Below the pieces are notes generated by a model. The model saw only the letters and a list, made by a program, of their open reading frames with translations. It was not told where the DNA came from and did not search any database. A program made the position numbers and the translations under genes. From IMG/VR virus record IMGVR_UViG_3300014208_000023, positions 320,001 through 384,000 of that record: 64,000 bases of DNA; one strand, written 5' to 3'. Below are positions 54,576-63,752 of this stretch, one piece after another. The stretch's first letter is position 1. Each line of letters starts with the position of its first letter. This DNA comes from a virus (taxonomy: Duplodnaviria > Caudoviricetes).

Positions 54576-56972
54576 TCAGCTAAAATCAACTTCACTAAAA
54601 TAGAGGGCATCGTTTTTGACGGAGATATTGACCGTGCTGCCTTCTTTGCAGACACCGGACATAATTCTCTCTGCCAAAGCATCCTGAACATGTTTCAGGA
54701 TCGCACGCTTAAGTGGGCGTGCGCCATATCCAGGCTCATAACCAATTTCAACCAAGAAGGACTTGGCCTCATCATCAATGATGAGCTTGATTTCTTTCGG
54801 AGAAAGCATCTTTTCCAGAAGATTGATCTGGATGTTTGCAATATCCTTAAGCATGCCCTTAGTTAGAGGACGGAAAATTACCGTCTCATCAATTCGGTTG
54901 AGAAGCTCTGGGCGAAGAAGCTTCCTAAGATCGGCCTGAAGACCGTTCTTAATGGCAGCAACTCCTTCAACAGTTTCAAACTGTTCAGGTGGTAGTTCAA
55001 GAATTGAGGCCGAGCCAATGTTGCTGGTCATAATAACAACGGTATTTGTGAAATCTACCGTCTTACCAAGACCATCAGTGAGTCGCCCATCGTCTAGAAC
55101 CTGAAGAAGAAGGTTGAAAACGTCGGGGTGAGCCTTCTCGATCTCATCGAAAAGAAGAACGCTATACGGCTTCTTACTAACGGCCTCGGTCAAGAGGCCG
55201 CCTTCATCAGCTTGAGCATAGCCTGGAGGAGCGCCAATAAGACGCTGAGCCATGTGCTTCTCCATGTATTCAGACATGTCCATACGGATCATGGCCTTAT
55301 CATCATCGAAAAGGAACTTGGCAAGAGCCTTTGCAAGCTCGGTCTTACCAACACCGGACGGACCAAGCATTAGGAAGCTGCCGATTGGCTTTCCCAAATC
55401 ACGCAGACCCAGGCGTGCGCGTCTGACTGACTTTGCAACCGCCTTAACTGCTTCGTCCTGACCGACAACTCGGCCGGAAAGAATGTCTTCCATCTTGGAA
55501 AGCTTCTCGCCTTCGCCTTCTAGCATACTATTGATCGGGATGCCAGTCCAGTCCTCAAGAACTGAAGCAATATCCTCTTCGGTTAGAATGCAATTCTCTC
55601 GCCCACCGCTGCGACGATTATGCTTTAGAGCCGCATAAACATCCTCAACATCGGGCCCGAGCTTTTCGATCTCTGACTCAAGTGCAGCTTTCGTCTTGAG
55701 ACTTGCCGGGTCATCATCGCCAATGAGACCGATTAGCTGGTTCTTCAGCGAAGAATACCTGCTCAACGTTACGTCAGCCTTGGCAGAGAGGCCATCTACT
55801 TCAAACTTCTTTCTAGAGGAAGCCTCATCTAGAAGATCGATGGCGCTATCTGGAAGCGCCCTCTTCTGGAGATAACGCTTTGCTAGCTTGACGGCCGCGC
55901 AGATTGCGGGGTCTCCAACACGAACGTTGTGGAATGTCTCATACTTGATGGCGATTCCACGGAGGATCTCAACCGTTTCCGCGTCCGTGGATGCGTCTAC
56001 GTTGATAGTCGTAAATTGCCGAGTAAGATTGCTATCCTTTTCGGTAAGCTTGCGAAGCCCCTCTGGGGTAGTAGAGGTGATCAGTCGAAGATTCTCTCGT
56101 GCAAGTAGAGAGGAAACTAGATCGCCAGACCCGGAAAGAACCGTGCTCTGATTAAAGAGCGAGTCAATTCCGTGAATGAAAAGGATCGTGTCTTCTGCCT
56201 TGATAGCAGAAAGAGCCTTCCTCATTCTTTCCTCAACATCCCCGCGCTGCTTTACGCCAGAAACTAGGCGGCCAGCGTCAAGATGCATAACCTTGACCGA
56301 TGAGAACTTGGAAGATACGTTGCCGGAAGCAATTTTCATTGCAAGAGCATTAACGATGCTCTTCTTGCCAACTCCAACCTCTCCAACGAGAATGGGGTGG
56401 TTCTTGTTTCGGCGGCCCAAAATCTGGAGAAGACGACGAACCTCGGCATTGCGACCGATAACCGGATCAAGCCGATTTGACTTGGCAAGCTCCGTAAGAT
56501 TCCTCATGTAAGAAGGATCTGTAGATACCTCCTCCTTCTTTACTTCTTTTTCCTTGGCAGCGATACGGTTCTTTAGAACGCCCGGACCAATACCAAAAGC
56601 CTGAAGAATTCGCAAAGCTGCACCCTTCTTTTCTTCGGCAAGAGCATGCAGAAGGTGTTCAATAGTAACGCCCTGACTTCCAGCGGCCTGCTCTGCCCGC
56701 TTTAGAAAATCAATCATCGCCTCCGACAGATAAGAAGGCTCCCTTGTTTCTTTTGGAAGACTCTGCAATTGAGTCTCCGTAAAAACTTCCATCTCCTTGG
56801 AGTCTACGTCAGCAGATTCCAGTAGCTTGACAATATCAGTCAAACCAAGGGCAACTGCCAAAAAGTGGATAGGCTCCACCTGTTTATGATTACGCTTGTC
56901 TGCAAGTGCCTGCGACTTGACGACAAGGTTTTTTGCTTCTGACGAATACTTATCAAGTGATAGTGAGGACAT
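54576..56972 (-). CDS. clpB: ClpB-like Hsp100 AAA+ chaperone with degenerate NBD1
   Basis: Clp N-domain, LDPVIGR, RRNKNHPILVGEVGVGK, LPDSAIDLLDEA, NBD2 GPSGVGKT / FDEIEKAH / GRLTDG / RPELLNRID / GARPLKR. Confidence 0.92.
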   Translation of the reverse strand: MSSLSLDKYSSEAKNLVVKSQALADKRNHKQVEPIHFLAVALGLTDIVKLLESADVDSKEMEVFTETQLQSLPKETREPSYLSEAMIDFLKRAEQAAGSQGVTIEHLLHALAEEKKGAALRILQAFGIGPGVLKNRIAAKEKEVKKEEVSTDPSYMRNLTELAKSNRLDPVIGRNAEVRRLLQILGRRNKNHPILVGEVGVGKKSIVNALAMKIASGNVSSKFSSVKVMHLDAGRLVSGVKQRGDVEERMRKALSAIKAEDTILFIHGIDSLFNQSTVLSGSGDLVSSLLARENLRLITSTTPEGLRKLTEKDSNLTRQFTTINVDASTDAETVEILRGIAIKYETFHNVRVGDPAICAAVKLAKRYLQKRALPDSAIDLLDEASSRKKFEVDGLSAKADVTLSRYSSLKNQLIGLIGDDDPASLKTKAALESEIEKLGPDVEDVYAALKHNRRSGGRENCILTEEDIASVLEDWTGIPINSMLEGEGEKLSKMEDILSGRVVGQDEAVKAVAKSVRRARLGLRDLGKPIGSFLMLGPSGVGKTELAKALAKFLFDDDKAMIRMDMSEYMEKHMAQRLIGAPPGYAQADEGGLLTEAVSKKPYSVLLFDEIEKAHPDVFNLLLQVLDDGRLTDGLGKTVDFTNTVVIMTSNIGSASILELPPEQFETVEGVAAIKNGLQADLRKLLRPELLNRIDETVIFRPLTKGMLKDIANIQINLLEKMLSPKEIKLIIDDEAKSFLVEIGYEPGYGARPLKRAILKHVQDALAERIMSGVCKEGSTVNISVKNDALYFSEVDFS

Positions 56973-57010
56973 GTTCTTATCTGCCGGGTGTGAGGTGATT
57001 GTTTAGAGGG

Positions 57011-57349
57011 TCACTTCTTTTTAGGAGTGAGCCACGTCGCTACTTTATGGAGAGCCCCGAGACCGGCCCTCTTTGCCTTATTGACCTTGAGATGCATTGA
57101 GAGACTTTGGGCAGTAGCAAACTGCTTTACTTTCCCAGCTTCTTCTTCTACCTTGAGACGGATTTTTGGAAAAGCCTTCGCCTCATCAGATTCAGTAGTA
57201 TCGGTGGCAACCTCTTTTTCTGAGGTTGCCTCTGATACTTCTTTTGTTACATCAGTGTCCGACTTTTCTGAAGGACCAAAAAGACTTTTTGCCTTTTTGG
57301 TTGATTCAGCCGGCTTAGACTTCGGCTCTTTATTCTCAGCTTTGACCAT
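57011..57349 (-). CDS. hypothetical charged low-complexity protein
   Basis: MVKAENKEPK...; start overlaps the upstream stop. Confidence 0.5.
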   Translation of the reverse strand: MVKAENKEPKSKPAESTKKAKSLFGPSEKSDTDVTKEVSEATSEKEVATDTTESDEAKAFPKIRLKVEEEAGKVKQFATAQSLSMHLKVNKAKRAGLGALHKVATWLTPKKK

Positions 57350-58232
57350 GACGGGCCACCTTCGTTTCTTCTTTCTCCAGATGAGCCTCCAAATCAGAGA
57401 GGTCGGCTTCAACTTCAATCTCCACTTCTTCAGAAGTGCTTTTATGCCCCTCCGTAGTCTGGCCGGACTCGGCCTCTGCGGGAAGAGAAGCAAGAGCGCT
57501 AGTGAGAACGGGAAGGAACTGCTTGAAAGCGGCTTCTACGATCTCATTTCCAACGGTAGTCATTCCGCTAATACGGAACTCTTCCGCAAGGCGCTTGACA
57601 CGAGGATCATCCTTTAGGCCCGGAACATAGTTGAGGCCATGTCCAGCAATGGTGCCTAGAAGTGCCGAGCCCCATTCGGTATCTAGGAATGCAGCAATAC
57701 CGGCGACATGCTCGTTGCTAGCTCCCTTTGATTTGAGCATTTCAACAATGGCGCTACGAAGGCCATTGTTGATCTGACGAGCGCCGACGCGGTAAGCCGC
57801 CTTGGTTGCGTCTGCCTTAATCATTCCCATTAGCGAACTGGTATCAGTAGATGACATTTTAGCGTCTTTCTGTGCGGGTTTCGATGCTCGGTTTCGACGA
57901 GCCTGTAGAATTGTCTTCACAACTGAAGCTGCATTTTCAGCATCTTCTTTCGCGTCACTCTCAAGAAGGTCTTCCATGTTCTTGAGAACTTCTTCTTCTC
58001 CTTCGAGATCCGTTTCTAGCTCATGGAGCTGATAGCTGCAAAGGCTTCCGTCAGGCCACTTGACCCAAATTCGATCCTTCGGCGTGTGGGTGCAATTATT
58101 ACGATCACAAGTCTTACCTCCGCTTCCAGTGGCCTTCACGCAAGTATTGAACTTAACGACACCTTCGCGTCGGTTCTCGTTTTTGCTGCCGTATGATCGG
58201 ACTATCTCGCCAATTGAAAATGTTGTAGCCAT
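57336..58232 (-). CDS. R[IV]SG-family domain protein with SH3-like N-terminal region
   Basis: DATKAAYRVGARQ...EEFRISGMTTVGN. Confidence 0.8.
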   Translation of the reverse strand: MATTFSIGEIVRSYGSKNENRREGVVKFNTCVKATGSGGKTCDRNNCTHTPKDRIWVKWPDGSLCSYQLHELETDLEGEEEVLKNMEDLLESDAKEDAENAASVVKTILQARRNRASKPAQKDAKMSSTDTSSLMGMIKADATKAAYRVGARQINNGLRSAIVEMLKSKGASNEHVAGIAAFLDTEWGSALLGTIAGHGLNYVPGLKDDPRVKRLAEEFRISGMTTVGNEIVEAAFKQFLPVLTSALASLPAEAESGQTTEGHKSTSEEVEIEVEADLSDLEAHLEKEETKVARHGQS

Positions 58233-58278
58233 TTGTGTTCCTTAACTTTCTTTATTTGATTTTAAGAGCAATCTAAAC

Positions 58279-58548
58279 TTAGCTGATTTTTACTAGCTTC
58301 CACGTTGGCTTCCGCCAAGTGATAGTAATAATGTCGGTGATAACCGGCGAGCCGTCATAACAACAACTGTAGCCGCTAGCGGTATTAATCGTTCCAAACA
58401 TTTGCTCGAAGAACGCAACAACAAGACCTTTTGGGTATGCTGATGGCTTCATATTCAAGGAAACTGTTTTATCCGACTTAATTGGAGTACCATTCACATC
58501 ATACTCATACACGGCATATGTGGTCAAAGAATCTTTATTGCAGGCCAT
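58279..58548 (-). CDS. hypothetical protein
   Basis: 89-aa ORF. Confidence 0.55.
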   Translation of the reverse strand: MACNKDSLTTYAVYEYDVNGTPIKSDKTVSLNMKPSAYPKGLVVAFFEQMFGTINTASGYSCCYDGSPVITDIITITWRKPTWKLVKIS

Positions 58549-58613
58549 ACTTTATTCCTTAATTTAAGCTATGGCGATTTTTGTAAATGGGAATCGCCTA
58601 AACCCCAGGCGAC

Positions 58614-58907
58614 TTACTTCTCTTCTTTTTCTTCCTTATTGGAGCCGACAAGGCGCTCAATAATGGCGTTACCCGCGCTAGCAATGCCGCTTATACGGAG
58701 AGCCGAACCAATAATCTTCACATGAGGATTATTGACCTGCGAAAGACCCATTCCAGCGGCAACCGAAAGAGCATTGATTCCCATTGAACCAACACCACGA
58801 TCACCGAGGACCTTGGTTGCTGCCTTACGCATAGTTGAGGTTACGATGCCATAACCAGCGGTAATGGCGTCTCTCTGAAGCATAGCCTTAATAGTTGAGT
58901 AATTCAT
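58614..58907 (-). CDS. minimal R[IV]SG-family protein
   Basis: LQRDAITAGY...ALRISGIASAGN; start ATG 58907. Confidence 0.7.
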   Translation of the reverse strand: MNYSTIKAMLQRDAITAGYGIVTSTMRKAATKVLGDRGVGSMGINALSVAAGMGLSQVNNPHVKIIGSALRISGIASAGNAIIERLVGSNKEEKEEK

Positions 58908-58961
58908 TATATATTCCTTTTCTGTTACGAGCACCACGAACGTCCAAATCACCTACCTCAT

Positions 58962-58989
58962 ATCATAACCACGGTGACGGTCGGCGCAA
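58962..58989 (-). promoter_or_regulatory. possible sigma70-like promoter
   Basis: TTGCGC-N16-TATGAT. Confidence 0.35.
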
Positions 58990-59018
58990 GTGGCAAACGA
59001 CCGTGGCACGATTTTTGC

Positions 59019-59645
59019 CTAGCTCCGTCGCACTAGCGGCGGGGCTTCTTGCAATTCAGAGTAATTGAACACCTCTTCTTCAATAGAAGAAGATTTTGCT
59101 TCAATTTCTTTGATATCAGTCTTCTCTAGGCTTTGTAGCGCAGAAGTGATTGTTGGCAACATGCTGGACATGAGAGCCTCTACGGCAGAATTACCAACCG
59201 TAGTCATACCGCTTACCCTAAATTCTTTTAGGATTCTTTGCATCTTGGGATGATTGGCTAGCTGCGGAATTTGCGATACTGCCATTCCGATGAATACCGA
59301 CATTAGTGCCGAGCCAATTTCAGTATCTAGCATTTCCGATAGCATACGGATTTTGCTTTCTTCGCTACAAGACTTGCGAAGATATTGCACCAAGAATGTT
59401 TTGGTCGCACTAATTAACTGCGTCGAACCTACTCGATACGCAGCATTAGTCATGTCTGACTTGAACTGGTCTTTGAAAGTCTTTGGCTTATCATCCATAA
59501 GCGGAGCTACTGTTTTGCCCCAAGCTTCGGATATCTGTTGCATAACTGATTCAAACTTTGACGGAGAGACTTCTCCGAGATCAAACACTTTGAATTGAAG
59601 TGGTGGAGGCGCAGTGCCTTTTGGACCTTGGGTGGAATGTTGCAT
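59019..59645 (-). CDS. R[IV]SG-family domain protein
   Basis: SDMTNAAYRVGSTQ...KEFRVSGMTTVGN. Confidence 0.8.
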   Translation of the reverse strand: MQHSTQGPKGTAPPPLQFKVFDLGEVSPSKFESVMQQISEAWGKTVAPLMDDKPKTFKDQFKSDMTNAAYRVGSTQLISATKTFLVQYLRKSCSEESKIRMLSEMLDTEIGSALMSVFIGMAVSQIPQLANHPKMQRILKEFRVSGMTTVGNSAVEALMSSMLPTITSALQSLEKTDIKEIEAKSSSIEEEVFNYSELQEAPPLVRRS

Positions 59646-59653
59646 TTATAATC

Positions 59654-59977
59654 CTAGTAAGCTAATGGTAGAAAATCTAGACCGTAGAAATGAACTAGGA
59701 GTTGCCTAATGCTTTTAACTTTGCTTCTTTTAGAAGCGGACTCTAGTTTAGCCAAGGCATCCCTAGAAAGATTCCTATAGAACACATTAATCATTTCTGT
59801 GGTTGGAGCGACCACCTTACTCATTAAGTTGTCAGTGAATGCTCCAGTGTCGGCCGTAAAACAATATGGGCCCTTAACAACAAAATAGATTATTTCTGTT
59901 TTGCCCAAAAAGGCCAGTAAGATACTTAAACGATCTACTTTTGTTTCTTCGTCATCGGAAAGGCATTTATTTATCAT
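59654..59977 (-). CDS. hypothetical protein
   Basis: 107-aa ORF. Confidence 0.55.
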   Translation of the reverse strand: MINKCLSDDEETKVDRLSILLAFLGKTEIIYFVVKGPYCFTADTGAFTDNLMSKVVAPTTEMINVFYRNLSRDALAKLESASKRSKVKSIRQLLVHFYGLDFLPLAY

Positions 59978-60869
59978 CTATACCTATCGTTTCATAATTG
60001 ATGCCACTATCTCTATAGCTCCTATGCGAATTAGGAAGTTTCTCTAGGCTATGAAAGTAAGGGCAAATGTATTCTGTTTTTACTAACGTTGCAGACGTTG
60101 CTGAATCTATTACTGGAATTCCAGTAGCAACCTTAAGATAGTTCTTGAATAGACTAGATATTAGCTCTCTTTTTTCAGAGGAGAGACCCTTATCTTCAAG
60201 ATAAAGCCTTTCTAATAGAAGCCTCATATAACCATCTTTATGTTTTACAATGCGTACTACCGCTCTTGCGGCCATTCCAGAGCCATACGTTATGGTTCTT
60301 CCGCGACGGAGCGTGTTGTCCGAAAGATAAATGATTCCGCAATATGGATCAAGTATTGATCCTGCTAAGCTGGCCGGATGACTGCTATGCCATGACATGC
60401 AAGAGGCAATCCCCCTCATGCTCATGGTCGCAATGTCCCAAGGATGGGCTGAAAATTCAACCTTCTTTCCTAGAAAGAAGTCCTTATCTTTTAGCTTTTC
60501 TTGTCTAGCAAGCTTAAACGCAGAAAATATATTATCTCTTTTGGTGCTTGAGACATATAACTCAATCGATCTAATTATTTGATAGATAATAGAGGACTGA
60601 ATGGTCGTTTCATTCAGTGACATTCCGCCATCAGGAAGGCCTATTTCATTAAATACTTTGACCACATCATTATATTTATTGACGAATAAGTATTTAACGA
60701 AATCAGGTAAATGAAGGCGCGCATCGAAACGATTAGTGTATCTATAATCGTCGTCGTAATGATTGCGCCTAGCATTAACGGGAGCCATGTCTTCCAGCTC
60801 AAAAGACTTGCTATAAAAGATTTCGGATAATGAATAGGTTTTATTCTCGCTGGTGGCAATGTCTTTCAT
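59967..60869 (-). CDS. SMRG-xxSC family protein (6th paralog)
   Basis: FSAHPWDIATMSMRGIASCMSW...LAGS...MAARAVVR...LERLY...YRDSG. Confidence 0.82.
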   Translation of the reverse strand: MKDIATSENKTYSLSEIFYSKSFELEDMAPVNARRNHYDDDYRYTNRFDARLHLPDFVKYLFVNKYNDVVKVFNEIGLPDGGMSLNETTIQSSIIYQIIRSIELYVSSTKRDNIFSAFKLARQEKLKDKDFFLGKKVEFSAHPWDIATMSMRGIASCMSWHSSHPASLAGSILDPYCGIIYLSDNTLRRGRTITYGSGMAARAVVRIVKHKDGYMRLLLERLYLEDKGLSSEKRELISSLFKNYLKVATGIPVIDSATSATLVKTEYICPYFHSLEKLPNSHRSYRDSGINYETIGIDDK

Positions 60870-60881
60870 TAAATGAAGACC

Positions 60882-61076
60882 TCAGCCTACCGATGCCTGA
60901 ACCACAATTCCTTTTTCTAGCTCAATCTTGACGCGATTCATGTTCATCATCATGTCAGACATGAGAACCTCATCATCACGACGAGTTACCTGAACCTCAA
61001 AACCTTTTGTAGCTTCGTTAGCCGCCGATTCGGTCATACCGACAAGGGACTTAATCAAATCTTCTGATAGCATCAT
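60882..61076 (-). CDS. potato-inhibitor-I / I78-like peptidase inhibitor
   Basis: LVGMTESAA...V...MMNMNRVKIELEKGIVVQASVG; GAGG RBS before ATG 61076. Confidence 0.6.
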   Translation of the reverse strand: MMLSEDLIKSLVGMTESAANEATKGFEVQVTRRDDEVLMSDMMMNMNRVKIELEKGIVVQASVG

Positions 61077-61101
61077 AACCTCGAAATTAAGAATAAGAAA
61101 T

Positions 61102-61127
61102 CCGGCCCATTCAAAAGAATGGGCCGG
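61102..61127 (-). terminator. Rho-independent terminator
   Basis: Perfect 11-bp stem CCGGCCCAUUC-UUUU-GAAUGGGCCGG followed by AUUUCUUAUU. Confidence 0.75.
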
Positions 61128-61134
61128 GTTGGTG

Positions 61135-61299
61135 TCAGCGCAGAACGACGATCGCCAATAGGACGGTAAAGACCATAAGCGCAACCATCATGCCATACTT
61201 CCAGAGTAGAGCGCGAAGCTGAGCCTTGACGAGCTTGTAGAAAAGCTCCACAAGCCTACCGCCCCACAGCTTAACGAGTTTCCATACAAGTGCCAACAT
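61135..61299 (-). CDS. small membrane protein
   Basis: MLALVWKLVK...MMVALMVFTVLLAIVVLR; AAGG RBS. Confidence 0.55.
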   Translation of the reverse strand: MLALVWKLVKLWGGRLVELFYKLVKAQLRALLWKYGMMVALMVFTVLLAIVVLR

Positions 61300-61360
61300 A
61301 TTAGTAACCTTTCTTGAAAAGGCAAGGCTCATTTATAGTCCTGCCGCTATTGGTGATATA

Positions 61361-62395
61361 TCAGCCGCCAGCGCTCTTGGAGCGGCGGGCAGGAGGAGCA
61401 ACAACTTCCTCCTCTTCTTCCTCAGAAGACTCGACAATGCGAGGCTTGCTGGCCTCCTCTGCCGGTAGAGCCTGAAGCGCTCCGGTTAGAACTGGAAGAA
61501 AGCTCTCCATGGCAGCGCCAACGATCGCATTTCCAGCAACGGCCATACCGTTGATTCGGAACTCTTCCGAAAGCTTCTGAATGCGAGGGTCATCCTTAAG
61601 GCCCGGAGCATAATTGAGACCAAAGCCAAGCAATAGCGCAATAAGGCTATCTCCAACTTCGCTATCAAGAACCTCCTTGAGCATGGTCATATGCTCGGAC
61701 TTTCCGCCCTTGCTCTCGAAAAGCTTGACTACTCCGACCTTTACGCCGTTCGTAATCTGCGTGCCGGCGACTCGGTAAGCAGCTTCCTTCGCATCGCCCT
61801 TAACCATCTCAACGATCTTATTTGACATTGTATTTTCCTTTGTTCGAGTTTTAGAGTCTAGAGAATTTTTGTGAAAGTGTAAGTTTGTATTAGAACTGCA
61901 AATGAATCTTCGCTTATCAACGTTGGGAATATTAAGTTTTGCAATCTCATCCCTAACTGACTGGCCCATATCTTTCAGAAGATAGCCGTACTTATTATCA
62001 TCAAGCATTATGATCGATGAATGACCAAAGATATTTGTATTCACTACTGTAGCAAATAGCTTTTCATCTTTACTCACTTCATTGGATAATAGTCTAGAGT
62101 CAGGTATAAAATTAGATTCATTGATAGTGAAACTAACTTTGGCTCCACACTTTACAATCTCGGACGGCGAGAATACTAAAGTAGGTCCGCCATCTATCTC
62201 ATTTACTAGATGAGTAAATCGTATGGCTTTCCAATCTTTATTTTTGTTTCTCGTAATAACGAGCGATGACTTATACTTACCGTCAGTAAGTGACGTTACG
62301 CGAGAATTAATTTCGCCTAAAACATACTCGTCATCTAGCGAAATATATACTTGAAGAGGCAAAGGCCTTCTAGCATCACAACCGGTTTTGATCAT
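61361..62395 (-). CDS. R[IV]SG-family domain protein with AT-rich N-terminal extension (internal start at 61828)
   Basis: GDAKEAAYRVAGTQ...EEFRINGMAVAGN; AAGGA RBS before MSNKIV at 61828. Confidence 0.75.
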   Translation of the reverse strand: MIKTGCDARRPLPLQVYISLDDEYVLGEINSRVTSLTDGKYKSSLVITRNKNKDWKAIRFTHLVNEIDGGPTLVFSPSEIVKCGAKVSFTINESNFIPDSRLLSNEVSKDEKLFATVVNTNIFGHSSIIMLDDNKYGYLLKDMGQSVRDEIAKLNIPNVDKRRFICSSNTNLHFHKNSLDSKTRTKENTMSNKIVEMVKGDAKEAAYRVAGTQITNGVKVGVVKLFESKGGKSEHMTMLKEVLDSEVGDSLIALLLGFGLNYAPGLKDDPRIQKLSEEFRINGMAVAGNAIVGAAMESFLPVLTGALQALPAEEASKPRIVESSEEEEEEVVAPPARRSKSAGG

Positions 62396-62414
62396 CGCCG
62401 CCTCGCTTGTTTAG

Positions 62415-62443
62415 AAGATAGGTCGCCGGTCGCGCGGTGTCAA
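62415..62443 (-). promoter_or_regulatory. sigma70-like promoter
   Basis: TTGACA-N17-TATCTT upstream of ATG 62395. Confidence 0.65.
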
Positions 62444-62609
62444 GGGCCAGGGCGACGAAGGCGCTATTCCCTGGCATTAGACGTACTCGCCGGCCAGTCA
62501 TCGGTGCCGGCCTGCAAAATAAACGCCTGAATTGAAGTTGCGAGGCTCGCTACGTCAAGAGATAGATTATCAAATAATATCGTTCTTGCGAAGAGAAACT
62601 AAAGAACGC

Positions 62610-62634
62610 TGACTGGCCTCCATTAGGCCAGTCA
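62610..62634 (-). terminator. probable terminator hairpin
   Basis: Perfect 10-bp inverted repeat TGACTGGCCT-ccatt-AGGCCAGTCA downstream of the 62674 gene. Confidence 0.55.
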
Positions 62635-62673
62635 ATGTATCATTTAGCCTCTTTCTCTCTTCAGGAGAGAGAT

Positions 62674-62862
62674 TCACTGCTTCTGCTCTAACTCAGAGAG
62701 ATTTTCGGGCTCTGTAGTCTCATCTACGAGCTTCTTGTTAAAGACCTTGTTCTTTAGGTAAATCGCTCCAAGAACAAAACAACATAGAACTGAATAGCCG
62801 ATCATTTTATCACGCATTACGAGCTCCTTTTCCAGCAGTTTTCTTGTCATTACAGTCCGCAC
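62674..62862 (-). CDS. small single-TM protein
   Basis: IGYSVLCCFVLGAIYL hydrophobic stretch. Confidence 0.5.
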   Translation of the reverse strand: MRTVMTRKLLEKELVMRDKMIGYSVLCCFVLGAIYLKNKVFNKKLVDETTEPENLSELEQKQ

Positions 62863-63043
62863 AAATCCACTTCATGGGAGATTCAACGCGAACCGATACG
62901 GTGGCGAATCCTTCTTTGCGAGCGTTTTCAGACGCCTCTCCAGCATCGATTCCAGGCTTCTTTAGTTGAGCCCCGCAGTAATCGCAAAGGCAGGTCCAAG
63001 TATGAGTTTTCCAAGCCGGAGCATTAAATTGTCGAATTGCCAT
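62810..63043 (-). CDS. small zinc-finger protein
   Basis: CLCDYC...WICADC. Confidence 0.65.
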   Translation of the reverse strand: MAIRQFNAPAWKTHTWTCLCDYCGAQLKKPGIDAGEASENARKEGFATVSVRVESPMKWICADCNDKKTAGKGARNA

Positions 63044-63053
63044 TTTGTTTTCC

Positions 63054-63203
63054 TTACCGAACTATATCTAGAACACACAATAGAACAAGAATTGATGTAG
63101 ATGATAGAACCAATGCTGAAAATATATCAGCTAACTTTTTATCCGGCTCATTTCTGACGGCAAAAAAAGAAATAATTCCAATCCATATAACAATAAGTAT
63201 CAT
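63054..63203 (-). CDS. small two-TM protein (49 aa)
   Basis: Manually translated MILIVIWIGIISFF...ILVLLCVLDIVR*. Confidence 0.5.
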   Translation of the reverse strand: MILIVIWIGIISFFAVRNEPDKKLADIFSALVLSSTSILVLLCVLDIVR

Positions 63204-63209
63204 ACTACA

Positions 63210-63752
63210 CTATTTTGGTGAATCGCAAAGCGCACATTCTTTTTCTTTGTTATGAAAGGAATGGTCGCATGAACCTTGTAAAAACTTTATTGCCGCGATT
63301 CCAGCCTTATCTAGGGTATCTCCTTTGCCGAACTTATCAGCAAACTTCTCTAATGAGGTTAGGGCTTTGGACATCTTGCGACCCTTAACAATATCTCTAA
63401 AAATCGGTTCAAGATAGGAACGATTATCAAGATAATATTGGACATATCCATTATTATAAATGATGGCAGGGCCGTCTTCTCTATGATACTGGCCATTCTG
63501 CATCCAATATTGGTTGCCTTCGGCAGTAATTACTGCTGGGCCACCTTCTCTATGTTGGCGACCTTTTAGCCACCACTCTTTAGAGCCGTTAGCATATTCC
63601 AACGCTGGCCCGTCTTCTCTATGAAGTCTTCCGACTATCGAGTATTTGATTGTTCCGGCAGCATCTACCGTTCTAACTGGAACTATTGGAGCTTTGACTA
63701 CTGGCTTCTCTTTTTTTGGTTTAAGAATTTTAGACATTAAGATTACTTTCAA
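63210..63752 (-). CDS. HREDGPA-repeat protein
   Basis: LHREDGPALE, QHREGGPAVI, YHREDGPAII repeats; C-terminal C-x-H...CxxC. Confidence 0.75.
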   Translation of the reverse strand: MKVILMSKILKPKKEKPVVKAPIVPVRTVDAAGTIKYSIVGRLHREDGPALEYANGSKEWWLKGRQHREGGPAVITAEGNQYWMQNGQYHREDGPAIIYNNGYVQYYLDNRSYLEPIFRDIVKGRKMSKALTSLEKFADKFGKGDTLDKAGIAAIKFLQGSCDHSFHNKEKECALCDSPK

